Positions 1 to 9,266 of a DNA stretch of 64,000 nucleotides are shown here, piece after piece. Position 1 is the stretch's first letter, and each line of letters starts with the position of its first letter. The notes beneath the pieces were generated by a model. That model worked only from the letters and a program-made list of their open reading frames with translations. It made no database searches and was not told the DNA's origin. The position numbers and the translations under genes are program-made. The stretch comes from Kiritimatiellia bacterium (lineage in GTDB: Bacteria; Verrucomicrobiota; Kiritimatiellia; JAAZAB01), in the NCBI GenBank assembly GCA_028718125.1, contig JAQUMN010000006.1, positions 51,806-115,805 on the forward strand, in the 5' to 3' direction.

Positions 1-42
1 GCGGGTATTTCACATGCAAACTTAAACCGTGAAATATCCGGG

Positions 43-1122
43 TCAACGCCTTACGCGCGCGTTGCCTTTCCAGATGCTCCAAACCTGTTCTTCGTCCGCG
101 GGTTGGCCGTAATCGGTCATGAGCGTCGTGGCCAATGCGCCGCTGGCCCAGCCGAATTGAATCCATTTCTCGGGAGGCCAGCCTTTTAAAATCGCATAGA
201 GCATGCCGCCGACAAAGCCGTCGCCGCCCCCGATCCGGTCGAGCACCGTTATTTCACGGGGTTCCACGACATGCCAGTTGGCCCCCTCGGCCATGATGGC
301 GCCCCAAAGGTGGCGGTTGGTGCTGACGACCTCGCGCAAAGTGGTGGCAAAGGCGGAAGCATGCGGATAAGCTTTCTTCACCCGTTCGATCATGCCCTTG
401 AAGCTGTCGATTTTGGCGGCAATATCCTTGCCGCCGGCTTCCGGCCCTTCGATGCCCAGGCAAAGCTGAAAATCTTCCTCGTTCCCGACCAGGATGTCGG
501 CCACGCCCGCGATCTCCGCGAAAATCCGGTGCAACTCGGCTTCGCGATCCTTCCAGAAAGATGCGCGATAATTAAGATCGAAGGAAATCCGGGCGTCGTG
601 CTTTTTCGCGGCCCGGGCGAGTTCAAGGCAGAAGATCCCCGTCTCGGGCGACAGCGCCGCGATCAGGCCCGATAAATGCACGATTTGCACCCCTTCCTTG
701 GCGAAAATCCGCTCCAGGTCAAAATCCTTCACGTTCAGGGTCCGGCCCACTTCGCCTGCGCGATCATTATGCACCCGCGGACCGCGCGAACCATAGCCGC
801 TGTCGGCAATATTGAACTGGTGGCGATAACCCCACGGCCCGCCCTGCGCTACTTCCTTGCCTTCATAAGTCATATGCCGGCCGGCGAGGTTGTCCTTGAT
901 AAAACGGGCAATAGGGCTGTCCTTGACAAAGGTTGTCAGGACTTTGACCGGCAGGCCGAGATAAGCCGCGACGCTGGCCACATTGGTTTCCGCGCTGGTG
1001 GCCTGCATTAAAAATGTTCCGCTGCAGTGCACCGGCTGGCCGCCGGCCGGGGTGATACGCACGCCCATGCTGGTGGGGACGAGCAGGGCGCAGGCACAGT
1101 TTTTCCTCAATTCTATTTTCAT
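43..1122 (-). CDS. PfkB-family carbohydrate kinase (2-keto-3-deoxygluconate-kinase-like)
   Basis: ORF 43..1266 trimmed to the ATG at 1122 (MKIELRK...). The C-terminal DRIGGGDGFVGG matches the PfkB ATP-site signature (DxxGxGDxF). Length and layout fit a ribokinase-fold sugar kinase. Confidence 0.7.
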   Translation of the reverse strand: MKIELRKNCACALLVPTSMGVRITPAGGQPVHCSGTFLMQATSAETNVASVAAYLGLPVKVLTTFVKDSPIARFIKDNLAGRHMTYEGKEVAQGGPWGYRHQFNIADSGYGSRGPRVHNDRAGEVGRTLNVKDFDLERIFAKEGVQIVHLSGLIAALSPETGIFCLELARAAKKHDARISFDLNYRASFWKDREAELHRIFAEIAGVADILVGNEEDFQLCLGIEGPEAGGKDIAAKIDSFKGMIERVKKAYPHASAFATTLREVVSTNRHLWGAIMAEGANWHVVEPREITVLDRIGGGDGFVGGMLYAILKGWPPEKWIQFGWASGALATTLMTDYGQPADEEQVWSIWKGNARVRR

Positions 1123-1471
1123 GCGATCATTCCTTTCGGGTTTGTTTATGGTTAGTTTGCATATCCAAAGACATTTAACCACGCATATCGGATACTGGCG
1201 TCCCATAGGGTCGCCGAGGGCTGTAGACTGTAGGCCGAAGGCTGTAGGTCGGAACACCATAAACACATAAGGGAAAAGCCGGAACCGAGATTTTGATGCG
1301 GTAATGCATAATCCTCGCTTTTTATTAGGATTTTCCCACGGTCAACAGCCCACAGCCCTCAGCCAAAGCATCCTGTGGGATGCTAATGGATATCGGATGA
1401 TACTTAAATCCATCCAACGATCAAACTGTATCATTATCAATCTCTCCCTGTTATCCGTGTGATCCGTGTAA

Positions 1472-2632
1472 TCAGTAATGAGTAGTTGTTCCATTTTGTT
1501 TATGGTTGCGTGAACGGCACAGTTTCAAAACCAGGTATTCGAGGATCAGGGACCCCGGTATGGCGCTGGAAACCAGTTGGCGGCGGGAGGCCAGGAGCCA
1601 TGCCCGGCGCTGATCGATTTCCGGGCGGGTGAACCTTGCCGCCTGCCCGGCCAGTTTGCCGGCCACAAACGGATGCAGGGGGGTTCCCTTATCTGAAGCC
1701 AGGGCCTGCTTAAATTGGTCTGCCAGCGATTCCGGCAGATGGGCAAAAGTCAATTTGAAATTATCATGGCCCATCGGCTGGGCCGCGATCCAGCGATTAT
1801 CCAGCGCTTCCCGTAGAATCAGCAAGTGGCGGAAACGCGTTTCCAGGCCGGAGATCATTCGAATGGGTTCTTCGCGCTGGAACAATAACTGGCGCAGCAC
1901 CGCCAGGGAGCGGCGCAGGTCCCGCTTGCCCACGGCATCTTCCAGGTCCCAAGCAAACAGCTCGCGCGAGGACGAGGTCACCTCCTCAATATCCCCGGCC
2001 CTGACCTCGCGGCGGTCGCCCAGATAGGTCGCCAGCTTGGTGATTTCCTGCATGATCTGCCGCGTGTCGGTCCCGACTTTTTGCGTGAAGGTCTCGATCA
2101 ATTCAGCGTCAATCTGCAGGCCGGCATCCTTGAACGCATGCATGGCAAAGGCCAATGCGCCACTGTCACGCTGCCATGGTTTTTCGGCGAGGTTGAATTC
2201 GATTATTTCGCCGTTACTGGAGCAAGCTTTATAAAACAAGGTGCGTGCATCCACTTTCAGGGCCGTGATAATCAGCAAGTGCCCCTTGGGAATGCCGCCG
2301 GAAATGGCGCCGGCCAGGGTCTGCAAGGTTTCCTGGATCTCATTGTTTCTTCCGATGACCAGATCGCTCAGGAAGTCAACCCCGCGCAGCCAGACGACCT
2401 TACGTCCGCCGAGGAAGCCGACCGTCCGGATGGCCTCCAGGCATTGGCGCAGGCAGGCGAGCGCCTGGGCAATAATATCCGCCTGGCCGTCAATGATTTC
2501 CAGCCCCAGGGTCTGGTCGGCTGGCGGGACGAAGCGGTCAATCCGTTCCCGGGCGGCCGCCGCGACGCTGAATTCGTCTTCGCCGACGATCAGGCAGACA
2601 TGTACCGGCTTCACTTGTTCCTGTTTGGGCAT
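1472..2632 (-). CDS. holA: DNA polymerase III subunit delta
   Basis: ORF trimmed to the ATG at 2632 (MPKQEQ...). Length is about 386 aa. The N-terminal VCLIVGEDEF... and the overall pattern resemble HolA from memory. There is no catalytic motif to anchor the call. Confidence 0.65.
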   Translation of the reverse strand: MPKQEQVKPVHVCLIVGEDEFSVAAAARERIDRFVPPADQTLGLEIIDGQADIIAQALACLRQCLEAIRTVGFLGGRKVVWLRGVDFLSDLVIGRNNEIQETLQTLAGAISGGIPKGHLLIITALKVDARTLFYKACSSNGEIIEFNLAEKPWQRDSGALAFAMHAFKDAGLQIDAELIETFTQKVGTDTRQIMQEITKLATYLGDRREVRAGDIEEVTSSSRELFAWDLEDAVGKRDLRRSLAVLRQLLFQREEPIRMISGLETRFRHLLILREALDNRWIAAQPMGHDNFKLTFAHLPESLADQFKQALASDKGTPLHPFVAGKLAGQAARFTRPEIDQRRAWLLASRRQLVSSAIPGSLILEYLVLKLCRSRNHKQNGTTTHY

Positions 2633-2810
2633 ATCTAAATTTATTGTTAATGGAAAATGGATAATGGTCAATGTTAAACCATCAACCATGCTTCAGGGCT
2701 GCCCATTCTTCCTTGCAGGTGCGGGTAACCCATGCTATACATACATCCCATCTCTGTTAATTAGCAGTATTTCAAAATCACAGGCCTCAGGCAAGCAAGG
2801 ATGAACGAAT

Positions 2811-3287
2811 ATGAAACGTTTATGGGCGCCGTGGCGCATGGAGTATATTTTGAATTGCCGCCAGGCGGGGTGTTTCCTATGTGACGCTTTTCAATCCGAG
2901 AACGACAGCGAGAACCTGATCATTAAGCGGAGCAGCGCGTGCGCAGTCATCCTGAACCGGTACCCGTATAACAACGGCCATGTAATGGTGGCGCCATACC
3001 GGCACGTGGACAGTGTGGAAGGACTGCGGCCGGAGGAGCAGGCGGACATGATGGCCATGGCGGCCATGACCTGTGAGCGGCTAAGGAAGGTTATGCATGC
3101 GCAAGGATTTAATCTGGGGATTAATCAGGGTGTGGTGGCGGGCGCGGGTCTGAAAGACCATATTCACCTGCACATTGTGCCGCGCTGGGAGGGGGACACG
3201 AATTTCATGCCCGTCCTGGCCGAGGTCAAAGTCATTCCCCAGCCGCTCTTGGAGCTTTGGAAACACCTACAGTCTGCCTTTCGATGA
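2811..3287 (+). CDS. HIT (histidine triad) family nucleotide hydrolase/phosphorylase
   Basis: Contains the HIHLHIVPRW histidine-triad motif. The N-terminal WAPWRMEYI is typical of the Ap4A-phosphorylase-like HIT branch. Confidence 0.85.
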   Translation: MKRLWAPWRMEYILNCRQAGCFLCDAFQSENDSENLIIKRSSACAVILNRYPYNNGHVMVAPYRHVDSVEGLRPEEQADMMAMAAMTCERLRKVMHAQGFNLGINQGVVAGAGLKDHIHLHIVPRWEGDTNFMPVLAEVKVIPQPLLELWKHLQSAFR

Positions 3288-3393
3288 ACGATGGCCGCTG
3301 GTTTAAAAAAATGTGGTGGGCGGGGGCGAACTCGCCAGGCGTATATAACAAACAGTTGCGGCGCAAGCCGCGTAATGCAATACAGGGAGAACA

Positions 3394-4716
3394 ATGCGCA
3401 GAACTCTTTTTAATGCCGATACCGATCGTCTGACTTACGGAATTCGCGAGATGGTTCAATTGGGCGCGCGGGTAGGGGCGCTTGATCCGGACTTTACCTT
3501 TATCGGCGAGAATATCGGCGATCCCGTGGCCAAGGGCTGGGATGCGCCCGATTTTGTCAAACGCATCGTGGCCGATCTAGCCCTCGCCCGTAACAACAAG
3601 GCGTTCGGCTATACCCATTCTTACGGGCGGATCGAAACCCGACGCTGGGTGGCTGATTATTCCCGGCGATATTCGCCCGGCAGCCGCCTGGATGGCGATC
3701 ATGTTGTGTTTACGAATGGGCTCGGCAGCGCCATCAGCATTTTTTACCGGACGCTTAAGCCGGGGGCGCGGATCATTCAGCCGTCGCCCGGCTATCCCGC
3801 GCACTATTCTTCCGAATGTTTCGCTGCCGGTGCCGCCTCTATCGCTTATCGGCTCGATCCCGAAAAAGGCTGGTATCCGGACCTGGCGCACCTTGAGCGT
3901 CAGATCCGTCGTTACCCGCAGATCGCGGGCATTCTGGTGATTAATCCCAATAATCCCACCGGCGCCGTGTATGACGCCCCGACGCTCGAAGCGATTATCC
4001 GCCTGGCGGAGCGCTACAAGCTCATGCTTATCAGCGACGAGGTATATTTCCGGATGGTCTATAACAACTGCCGCTATGTCCACATGACCGAACTGGTCGG
4101 CCGGCGTGTTCCTCTGGTCGTCATGCGCGGGATCTCGAAAGATGTGCCTTGGCCGGGATCACGCTGCGGCTGGATGGAATTCCATAACACCGATCTTGAC
4201 GCTGATTTTGCCAGTTTCTTCGAAAGCATCAAAAAGACGCTGATGATGGAAGTGTGTTCCACGACCTTGCCCCAGATGGCCCTGCCGCTGATCTATGATC
4301 ATCCGCAGTTCAACCGGTGGATTGCGCGTTACACGAAGGAACTGGAGCTCAACGGCAATGCCATTGCCGGTATTCTGAGCCGAACTCCGGGATTGCTGGT
4401 TATTCCGATTCAGGGAGCCTTTTATATGATGGTCTTGTTCGATCCCAAGGCGCTTAACGCCCGGCAAACCCTGCCCATTGCCTGTCCTGCCGTGCGCGCC
4501 TTCATTCGCAAGGCCGTTGCCAAGCCGAACCTGGCGCCGGACAAACGGTTTGCCTATTATCTCCTGGCGGCCACGGGCATTTGCGTGGTGCCGGCCACTG
4601 ATTTTGCATCTTCATACCCCGGATTCCGGATCACAACCCTCGATCGTGATCCGAAGCGCCGGGATCACGTCTATAGCACGCTGTCGGCGTCCATTAAACG
4701 CTACCTTGCCTCATGA
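3394..4716 (+). CDS. Class I/II PLP-dependent aminotransferase (alanine/aspartate aminotransferase-like)
   Basis: Carries INPNNPTG and a GISKD...PGSRCGW block (PLP lysine context). Length is 440 aa. The stop overlaps the next start as ATGA at 4713-4716. Confidence 0.8.
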   Translation: MRRTLFNADTDRLTYGIREMVQLGARVGALDPDFTFIGENIGDPVAKGWDAPDFVKRIVADLALARNNKAFGYTHSYGRIETRRWVADYSRRYSPGSRLDGDHVVFTNGLGSAISIFYRTLKPGARIIQPSPGYPAHYSSECFAAGAASIAYRLDPEKGWYPDLAHLERQIRRYPQIAGILVINPNNPTGAVYDAPTLEAIIRLAERYKLMLISDEVYFRMVYNNCRYVHMTELVGRRVPLVVMRGISKDVPWPGSRCGWMEFHNTDLDADFASFFESIKKTLMMEVCSTTLPQMALPLIYDHPQFNRWIARYTKELELNGNAIAGILSRTPGLLVIPIQGAFYMMVLFDPKALNARQTLPIACPAVRAFIRKAVAKPNLAPDKRFAYYLLAATGICVVPATDFASSYPGFRITTLDRDPKRRDHVYSTLSASIKRYLAS

Positions 4717-6590
4717 TCTTCGAGTTATCCAGACTGTTCCTTAAGCACACCAAAAAGCGCCTGCGCCCAGCCAGCCAGGTGCCTGAAAAAGGCGTGCATG
4801 CCTTTGTCAATAAGCCGTCCATGGGCCTGGTATACTGGCTGTTGGTATGGCTTGCGGCGTTTCTCCTGCAGATGGTGCCGACCATCCAGGAGGGCGGGAG
4901 CAGCACCGGGCTGATCCGGCTTGTGCCCGGCAGCATGTCACCCGTAACGGTCATCGCCTCAATGGATTTTCATCACCTTGATCTGCACCCCGCTCGTGCC
5001 ACGGCGATCCGTTTAGATTCCAAGGGCCAGATGCGGCCAAACCTGGTGTTGGTGTCCGCCGGTACCGTGCTTGTTGAGCGCGGCCAGAAAGTGGATGCGG
5101 AAACGGCCGCCAAAATCCGGTCCTATCGCTCCCAGATCAAGGACCGGGTGCCATTCTCGAGCCGGGTACGCAAACTGGTCGGTGACGGCATGCTGCTATT
5201 AATCGGACTCTTGATTACCGCGATCCTGTTCCGGTTCGTTTGCCCCGGCGGCGCATCCGGGCTAGGCACTCTTGCGGAGCCTGGGGCCTCCGGCAAAGCC
5301 CAGGCCAAGTCGCGGCCCATTTCGCATAATTCGATGATTCTCTTGTTTCTGCTGGTTTCGCTCCTGAGCCTGGTGCCGGCCAAATGGCTGTTGTGGTTGG
5401 CGTTCAATCATTTGTTATGGTTGTCACCGTTGGTTGATGGCCTTTTGCCGTTGGCGCTGGCGCCTTTGCTGATGTCCATCCTGATCAGTCCTCCGGCCGC
5501 CATGGTGGTGGGATTCTGGGTGAGTTTTGCCGCGACTGTGCAGGCTGACTACCAGATCAGCGTTTTTGTGTCGGGTCTGATTGTGACCGCCATCGTGGTC
5601 CGCTTTTCCAGGGTGGTCAGGACGCGTGCGAAGTTGTTCCGGATCGGCCTGTGGGGCGGGCTGGCGGGCGCTGCCTGCTCGTTCGGGTTTGCCGCCATCG
5701 GGGTGCCGGGCGATCAACTTGTGTGGCAACAATGTCTGGCGAGTCTGGCCAGCGGCGTGCTCTCGGCCCTGGTGGCCATGTTGTTGCTTCCGCTTCTGGA
5801 GATCATCTTCGGAATTTCCACGGATATTTCGCTTCTGGAACTCTTAGACCTCGAGCATCCCCTTTTGAAGCGCCTCGCGATTGAGGCGCCGGGCACCTAT
5901 CACCACAGCCTGATGGTGGCAAACCTGACGCAGGCCGCCGTGGCGGCCATCGGCGGCAATGCCCTGCGCGCCGGAATCTGCGCCTATTTCCACGATATCG
6001 GCAAACTGGTCAAGCCCGACTTCTTTTCCGAAAACATTCAATATGGTCCGAACCCGCATGATGACATATCGCCCAGCATGAGCACGCTGGTCATCATTTC
6101 CCATGTCAAGGAGGGTGTCAATCTGGCCCTGCGCCACAAGTTGCCCCGCGCGGTGGTCGAGGCCATTCAACAGCACCACGGGTCGGGACTGGTTTTTTAT
6201 TTTTACCATAAAGCCAACATTCAGCGCGATGAAGCCCCTCAGAATGCCGCCGCGGCCGGCGTGAAGGAAGAGGATTTCCGCTACCCCGGCCCCAAGCCGC
6301 AGTCCCGCGAAATTGCCGTATTGAGCTTGGCGGACGCCATCGAGGCATCCTCGCGCGCGCTGGAAAAAATTACGCCCGGCAATATTGAAGACCTGGTGCG
6401 CGACGTAATTGATTCCAAGCTTAAGGACGGACAGCTGGATGAGTGCGACCTGACGCTGGCGGAAATCAATGCCATCCGGCGCGTGCTGATTTTAACCTTG
6501 AGCAACATCCTGCACGGGCGTGTAGCCTATCCCCGTAATGAAAATATCCCTCCACAATCGGCAGAAGAGACGCCGGCCGAACGTTCTTAA
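4713..6590 (+). CDS. pgpH: 7TM-HD membrane phosphohydrolase (PgpH/YqfF-type, cyclic-di-AMP phosphodiesterase family)
   Basis: A multi-TM central region is followed by an HD domain (HHSLMVANL ... YFHDIGK ... HHG). It sits immediately upstream of ybeY, as in phoH-yqfF-ybeY operons. Confidence 0.75.
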   Translation: MIFELSRLFLKHTKKRLRPASQVPEKGVHAFVNKPSMGLVYWLLVWLAAFLLQMVPTIQEGGSSTGLIRLVPGSMSPVTVIASMDFHHLDLHPARATAIRLDSKGQMRPNLVLVSAGTVLVERGQKVDAETAAKIRSYRSQIKDRVPFSSRVRKLVGDGMLLLIGLLITAILFRFVCPGGASGLGTLAEPGASGKAQAKSRPISHNSMILLFLLVSLLSLVPAKWLLWLAFNHLLWLSPLVDGLLPLALAPLLMSILISPPAAMVVGFWVSFAATVQADYQISVFVSGLIVTAIVVRFSRVVRTRAKLFRIGLWGGLAGAACSFGFAAIGVPGDQLVWQQCLASLASGVLSALVAMLLLPLLEIIFGISTDISLLELLDLEHPLLKRLAIEAPGTYHHSLMVANLTQAAVAAIGGNALRAGICAYFHDIGKLVKPDFFSENIQYGPNPHDDISPSMSTLVIISHVKEGVNLALRHKLPRAVVEAIQQHHGSGLVFYFYHKANIQRDEAPQNAAAAGVKEEDFRYPGPKPQSREIAVLSLADAIEASSRALEKITPGNIEDLVRDVIDSKLKDGQLDECDLTLAEINAIRRVLILTLSNILHGRVAYPRNENIPPQSAEETPAERS

Positions 6591-7011
6591 GCTTGCGACA
6601 CTGGCGCGTTTTTTCCTGGAACAGGCCGAGCGTCTGAAGTTGGAATGCCCGTGGGCCGAGGTGTCCGTGGTGCTTACCGATGACGCCGGGATAATGCCGG
6701 TCAACATGACTTTTCTCGATCATGCGCGCGCAACGGATGTCATCACGTTCACGCTTGCGCCCATCCCCGGCGGGGGTGGAGGGGTAAGCGGAGAGATTCA
6801 CCTCAATGTGGAGCGGGCAATGGAAGAAGGCGCACGCCGGGGCGGCGCGGGCGATGAATTGGCCCTCTACCTGGCGCACGGGTGCGACCATTTGACCGGG
6901 GCCAACGACAGCACGGTCCTGGAACGGCGCCGCATGCGCCGGCGGGAATTGCTTTGGATCCGGCGCGCCCGGCGGAAAGGGCTCATGCAAGGCCTCTGGG
7001 CGATGAAATAA
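6538..7011 (+). CDS. ybeY: rRNA maturation endoribonuclease YbeY
   Basis: N-terminal ISLHNRQ..., VVLTDDAGIMPVNMTFLDH and AHGCDHLTG (a variant of HGxLHLxGxDH; the third His is not obvious). The 5' end overlaps pgpH by 53 nt in another frame. Confidence 0.8.
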   Translation: MKISLHNRQKRRRPNVLKLATLARFFLEQAERLKLECPWAEVSVVLTDDAGIMPVNMTFLDHARATDVITFTLAPIPGGGGGVSGEIHLNVERAMEEGARRGGAGDELALYLAHGCDHLTGANDSTVLERRRMRRRELLWIRRARRKGLMQGLWAMK

Positions 7012-7036
7012 ATAGCTGCTCAGCGAAAGACGTTTT

Positions 7037-7172
7037 AACCACGGATATCACGGATGACACTGATATCAATCCAACTACTTGTTCTGCGGATCATTGGCAA
7101 AGAAAAAGCGGACTGTTTAATTGTGACATCGCTTTCTGTTATCCGTGCCATCCGTGTAATCAGTGGTGAGTA
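7037..7172. repeat. MITE-like element with CACGGAT-type inverted ends (no ATTCCC core)
   Basis: Left arm AACCACGGATATCACGGATGACACTGAT (7037-7064). Right arm TTATCCGTGCCATCCGTGTAATCAGTGGTGAGTA (7139-7172). The same arms bound the elements at 13090-13221 and 32262-32403. Confidence 0.6.
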
Positions 7173-7182
7173 ATTAGAAGCC

Positions 7183-8022
7183 ATGATCGTTAAAACCCAG
7201 GCCATTGTCTTGCGGATGATTCCCTTCTCGGAAACGTCGCGCGTGGTTCTGTGGTTGACCAGCGACCACGGCAAGATCGCCACGATTATCAAGGGGGCTC
7301 ACCGCCGCCGCAGCCCGTTCGTGGGCCAGGTGGACCTGTTTTACACCTGCGAACTACTGGTTTATCTGCGCCTGTTCCGGGGGCTGCACATCGTCAAGGA
7401 ATGCTCGCCGTTGAAGACGCGGACGCTCTTGCGATCGCGCTGGCGGGCGACGGCGTGCGCCTCCTACTTTGCCGAACTGGCTGCGCAGATTTCGCCGCTG
7501 AACGCTCCGCACCCGGAACTATTCCGCGTGCTGGACATGGCCCTCGATTATTTTGCCGATCAATCGGCCCTGGAGCTTGGCCTGTTCTGGTTTGAATTAA
7601 AGCTGATGAAGGCCATGGGCCTTGCTCCGCAACTTAAGGAATGTTTGCGCTGTCACCGCCCGCTGCAGGAGGATAATGACTTTGTGGCGGAGCCGGGCGC
7701 GCGCGCCGCCCGCCGCGGGCAGGAGCGCGAATCTGTATTTTCCTGCGCGCGCGGCGGCATCCTTTGCAAGGCGTGTGCGCCCATGGTCCCGACCAGCCTC
7801 AATGCCGGGATGCCGATCACGCCGGACATCCTGGGGATCCTCAGGTTCTGGCAGGCTTCGCGATCCTGGCGTTCGGCGCAAAGCGCCACGTGCACGCCCC
7901 GGCAGATCAGGGAACTGGAGCGGATCATGGGGTTCTTTATGCAGTACCATCTGGAGATCGCCAATCCGGCCAGAGCGGTGGCGCTCTCGATCCTGCGGAC
8001 GCGTTTGGGGCCGACGAGTTAA
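7183..8022 (+). CDS. recO: DNA repair protein RecO
   Basis: N-terminal OB-fold pattern MIVKTQAIVLRMIPFSETSRVV. C-terminal Cys pairs (CLRCHRP...CKAC) form a zinc finger. It lies downstream of ybeY. Confidence 0.85.
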   Translation: MIVKTQAIVLRMIPFSETSRVVLWLTSDHGKIATIIKGAHRRRSPFVGQVDLFYTCELLVYLRLFRGLHIVKECSPLKTRTLLRSRWRATACASYFAELAAQISPLNAPHPELFRVLDMALDYFADQSALELGLFWFELKLMKAMGLAPQLKECLRCHRPLQEDNDFVAEPGARAARRGQERESVFSCARGGILCKACAPMVPTSLNAGMPITPDILGILRFWQASRSWRSAQSATCTPRQIRELERIMGFFMQYHLEIANPARAVALSILRTRLGPTS

Positions 8023-8035
8023 GATCGGCTGGATC

Positions 8036-8132
8036 CACCACGGAGCAGGCATGTAGACACGGAGCAGATATTGCTTGAAATCGCCCCGAGCGCAAAAACT
8101 CCTCTTTTTCCTGTCTCCGTGCCTCCGTGGTG
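8036..8132. repeat. Inverted repeat (CACGGAG variant) between convergent recO and the gtrA-like gene; possible bidirectional terminator
   Basis: CACCACGGAG...GACACGGAGCAG (8036-8068) faces CTGTCTCCGTGCCTCCGTGGTG (8111-8132). The outer 10 bp are perfectly complementary. Confidence 0.5.
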
Positions 8133-8151
8133 CGGATTGTTGATTCTTAAA

Positions 8152-8724
8152 TCAGCCCTTGAAGATCATGAACTTTCGCAGGGCAAAATTGATCAGGGCC
8201 GCGACGACGCACTCCGCGCCGAAGGCCACCGTGGTGGTGAAATGCCACTGGTTGATCATCAGGCCCATCAGGACGGTGCCGATCGCGATGGCAATGCCCG
8301 AGACGGCGTAAAACAGGGCCACTTCCACCGTGCGGTGGGCGCAGGCGCGGAGCATCGCGCGCTGGATGAGCCCCAGTTTGTTCAGGAAAAAGTCCACCGG
8401 GGGATAGCGCCGGCCGGATTCGAAGACCCAGAAGATATTTAACAGGTAGGCCGTCAGGTTGGAAAAGATGAACGCCAGCGCGTTATTGATCATGGCGTTG
8501 CGCGCGCGGATGGCATCGCTGATCGGTGTGCTGGAAAGGTGGAATAGTTTTACGAGAATGTCTTCGTCATTGAGCGCGGGGATGATCAACCAGGAGAGCA
8601 TGAAAAAAACGATGATATGCACTGTTACCGCGCCGGCGCCGCAAATCGCGTATTTGATGAACTGAACCAGTGACGACGCTTCCCGCCCGGTGAACTGCTT
8701 CCAGATTTCCTCCATGCGTATCAT
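8152..8724 (-). CDS. GtrA-family membrane protein
   Basis: 190 aa with four hydrophobic segments. The N-terminal FIKYAICGAGAVTVH is typical of GtrA-like proteins. Confidence 0.6.
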   Translation of the reverse strand: MIRMEEIWKQFTGREASSLVQFIKYAICGAGAVTVHIIVFFMLSWLIIPALNDEDILVKLFHLSSTPISDAIRARNAMINNALAFIFSNLTAYLLNIFWVFESGRRYPPVDFFLNKLGLIQRAMLRACAHRTVEVALFYAVSGIAIAIGTVLMGLMINQWHFTTTVAFGAECVVAALINFALRKFMIFKG

Positions 8725-8800
8725 GTATTATCCTTTCGTAAGGCAGGAACGATAATATGGCCGGCCTCAAAACACAATCCTTCTTTTGGCGGCAGCGAAG

Positions 8801-8829
8801 TTGACGAATTAATTTCTAATATCTATTAT
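8801..8829 (+). promoter_or_regulatory. Candidate sigma70-type promoter (TTGACG-17 nt-TATTAT)
   Basis: Near-consensus -35 and -10 boxes with a 17-nt spacer, inside a 540-bp AT-rich intergenic island. It points toward the ORF at 9267, about 440 nt downstream. Confidence 0.35.
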
Positions 8830-8916
8830 AAAAACCATTCTTCTGTTGCCTGCCCTCGAATGGGATAAAAGCTTTCTTGGGAAACATTAAATATCATTGG
8901 TGTCCAAAATAATATT

Positions 8917-8998
8917 CCCTCTCCCTGGGGAAAGGGTTAGGGTGAGGGAAATGCTATCAAATGTGCCCCCTCACCTCGGTCCTCTCTTGAGGGAGAGG
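8917..8998. repeat. Imperfect inverted repeat (CCTCTCCC...GGTGAGGG / CCCTCACC...GGGAGAGG)
   Basis: Arms at 8917-8948 and 8966-8998 are reverse-complementary at both ends, with a 17-nt loop. The sequence type resembles widely seen GGGTGAGGG/CCCTCTCCC intergenic hairpins. Confidence 0.5.
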
Positions 8999-9266
8999 AT
9001 GAGGTCTCGTAAATCAGCAACTTGAAGATGGTGCTGTGTTATCAACGCTTTTATATGTTCTGAAATTCTTGTTTTGGATAAGAATGATGAAATATCAATG
9101 TTAAAGGTTGATCCTGATGTTTCTGAACGCGATAAAATACTGTGAGTTGTCCTGTGCATAGTCCGTATCAAATATTGAATGTGAGACGTGACCCCTGTGA
9201 TGACTTATCCGCGGCGCTTCATCGCTGTCTTGAGAATGACATAGCCGTGGCAATAATACGATACGC

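Noticed and set aside
43-1266. Long 5' extensions of several ORF-track entries (43-1266, 1472-2689, 22007-22819, 38024-39061, 43715-47281, 59691-60593)
   Set aside because: In each case the conserved protein begins at an internal ATG. Several of these ATGs have a better SD, and the upstream part runs through repeats or the neighbouring gene, so I trimmed the coordinates.
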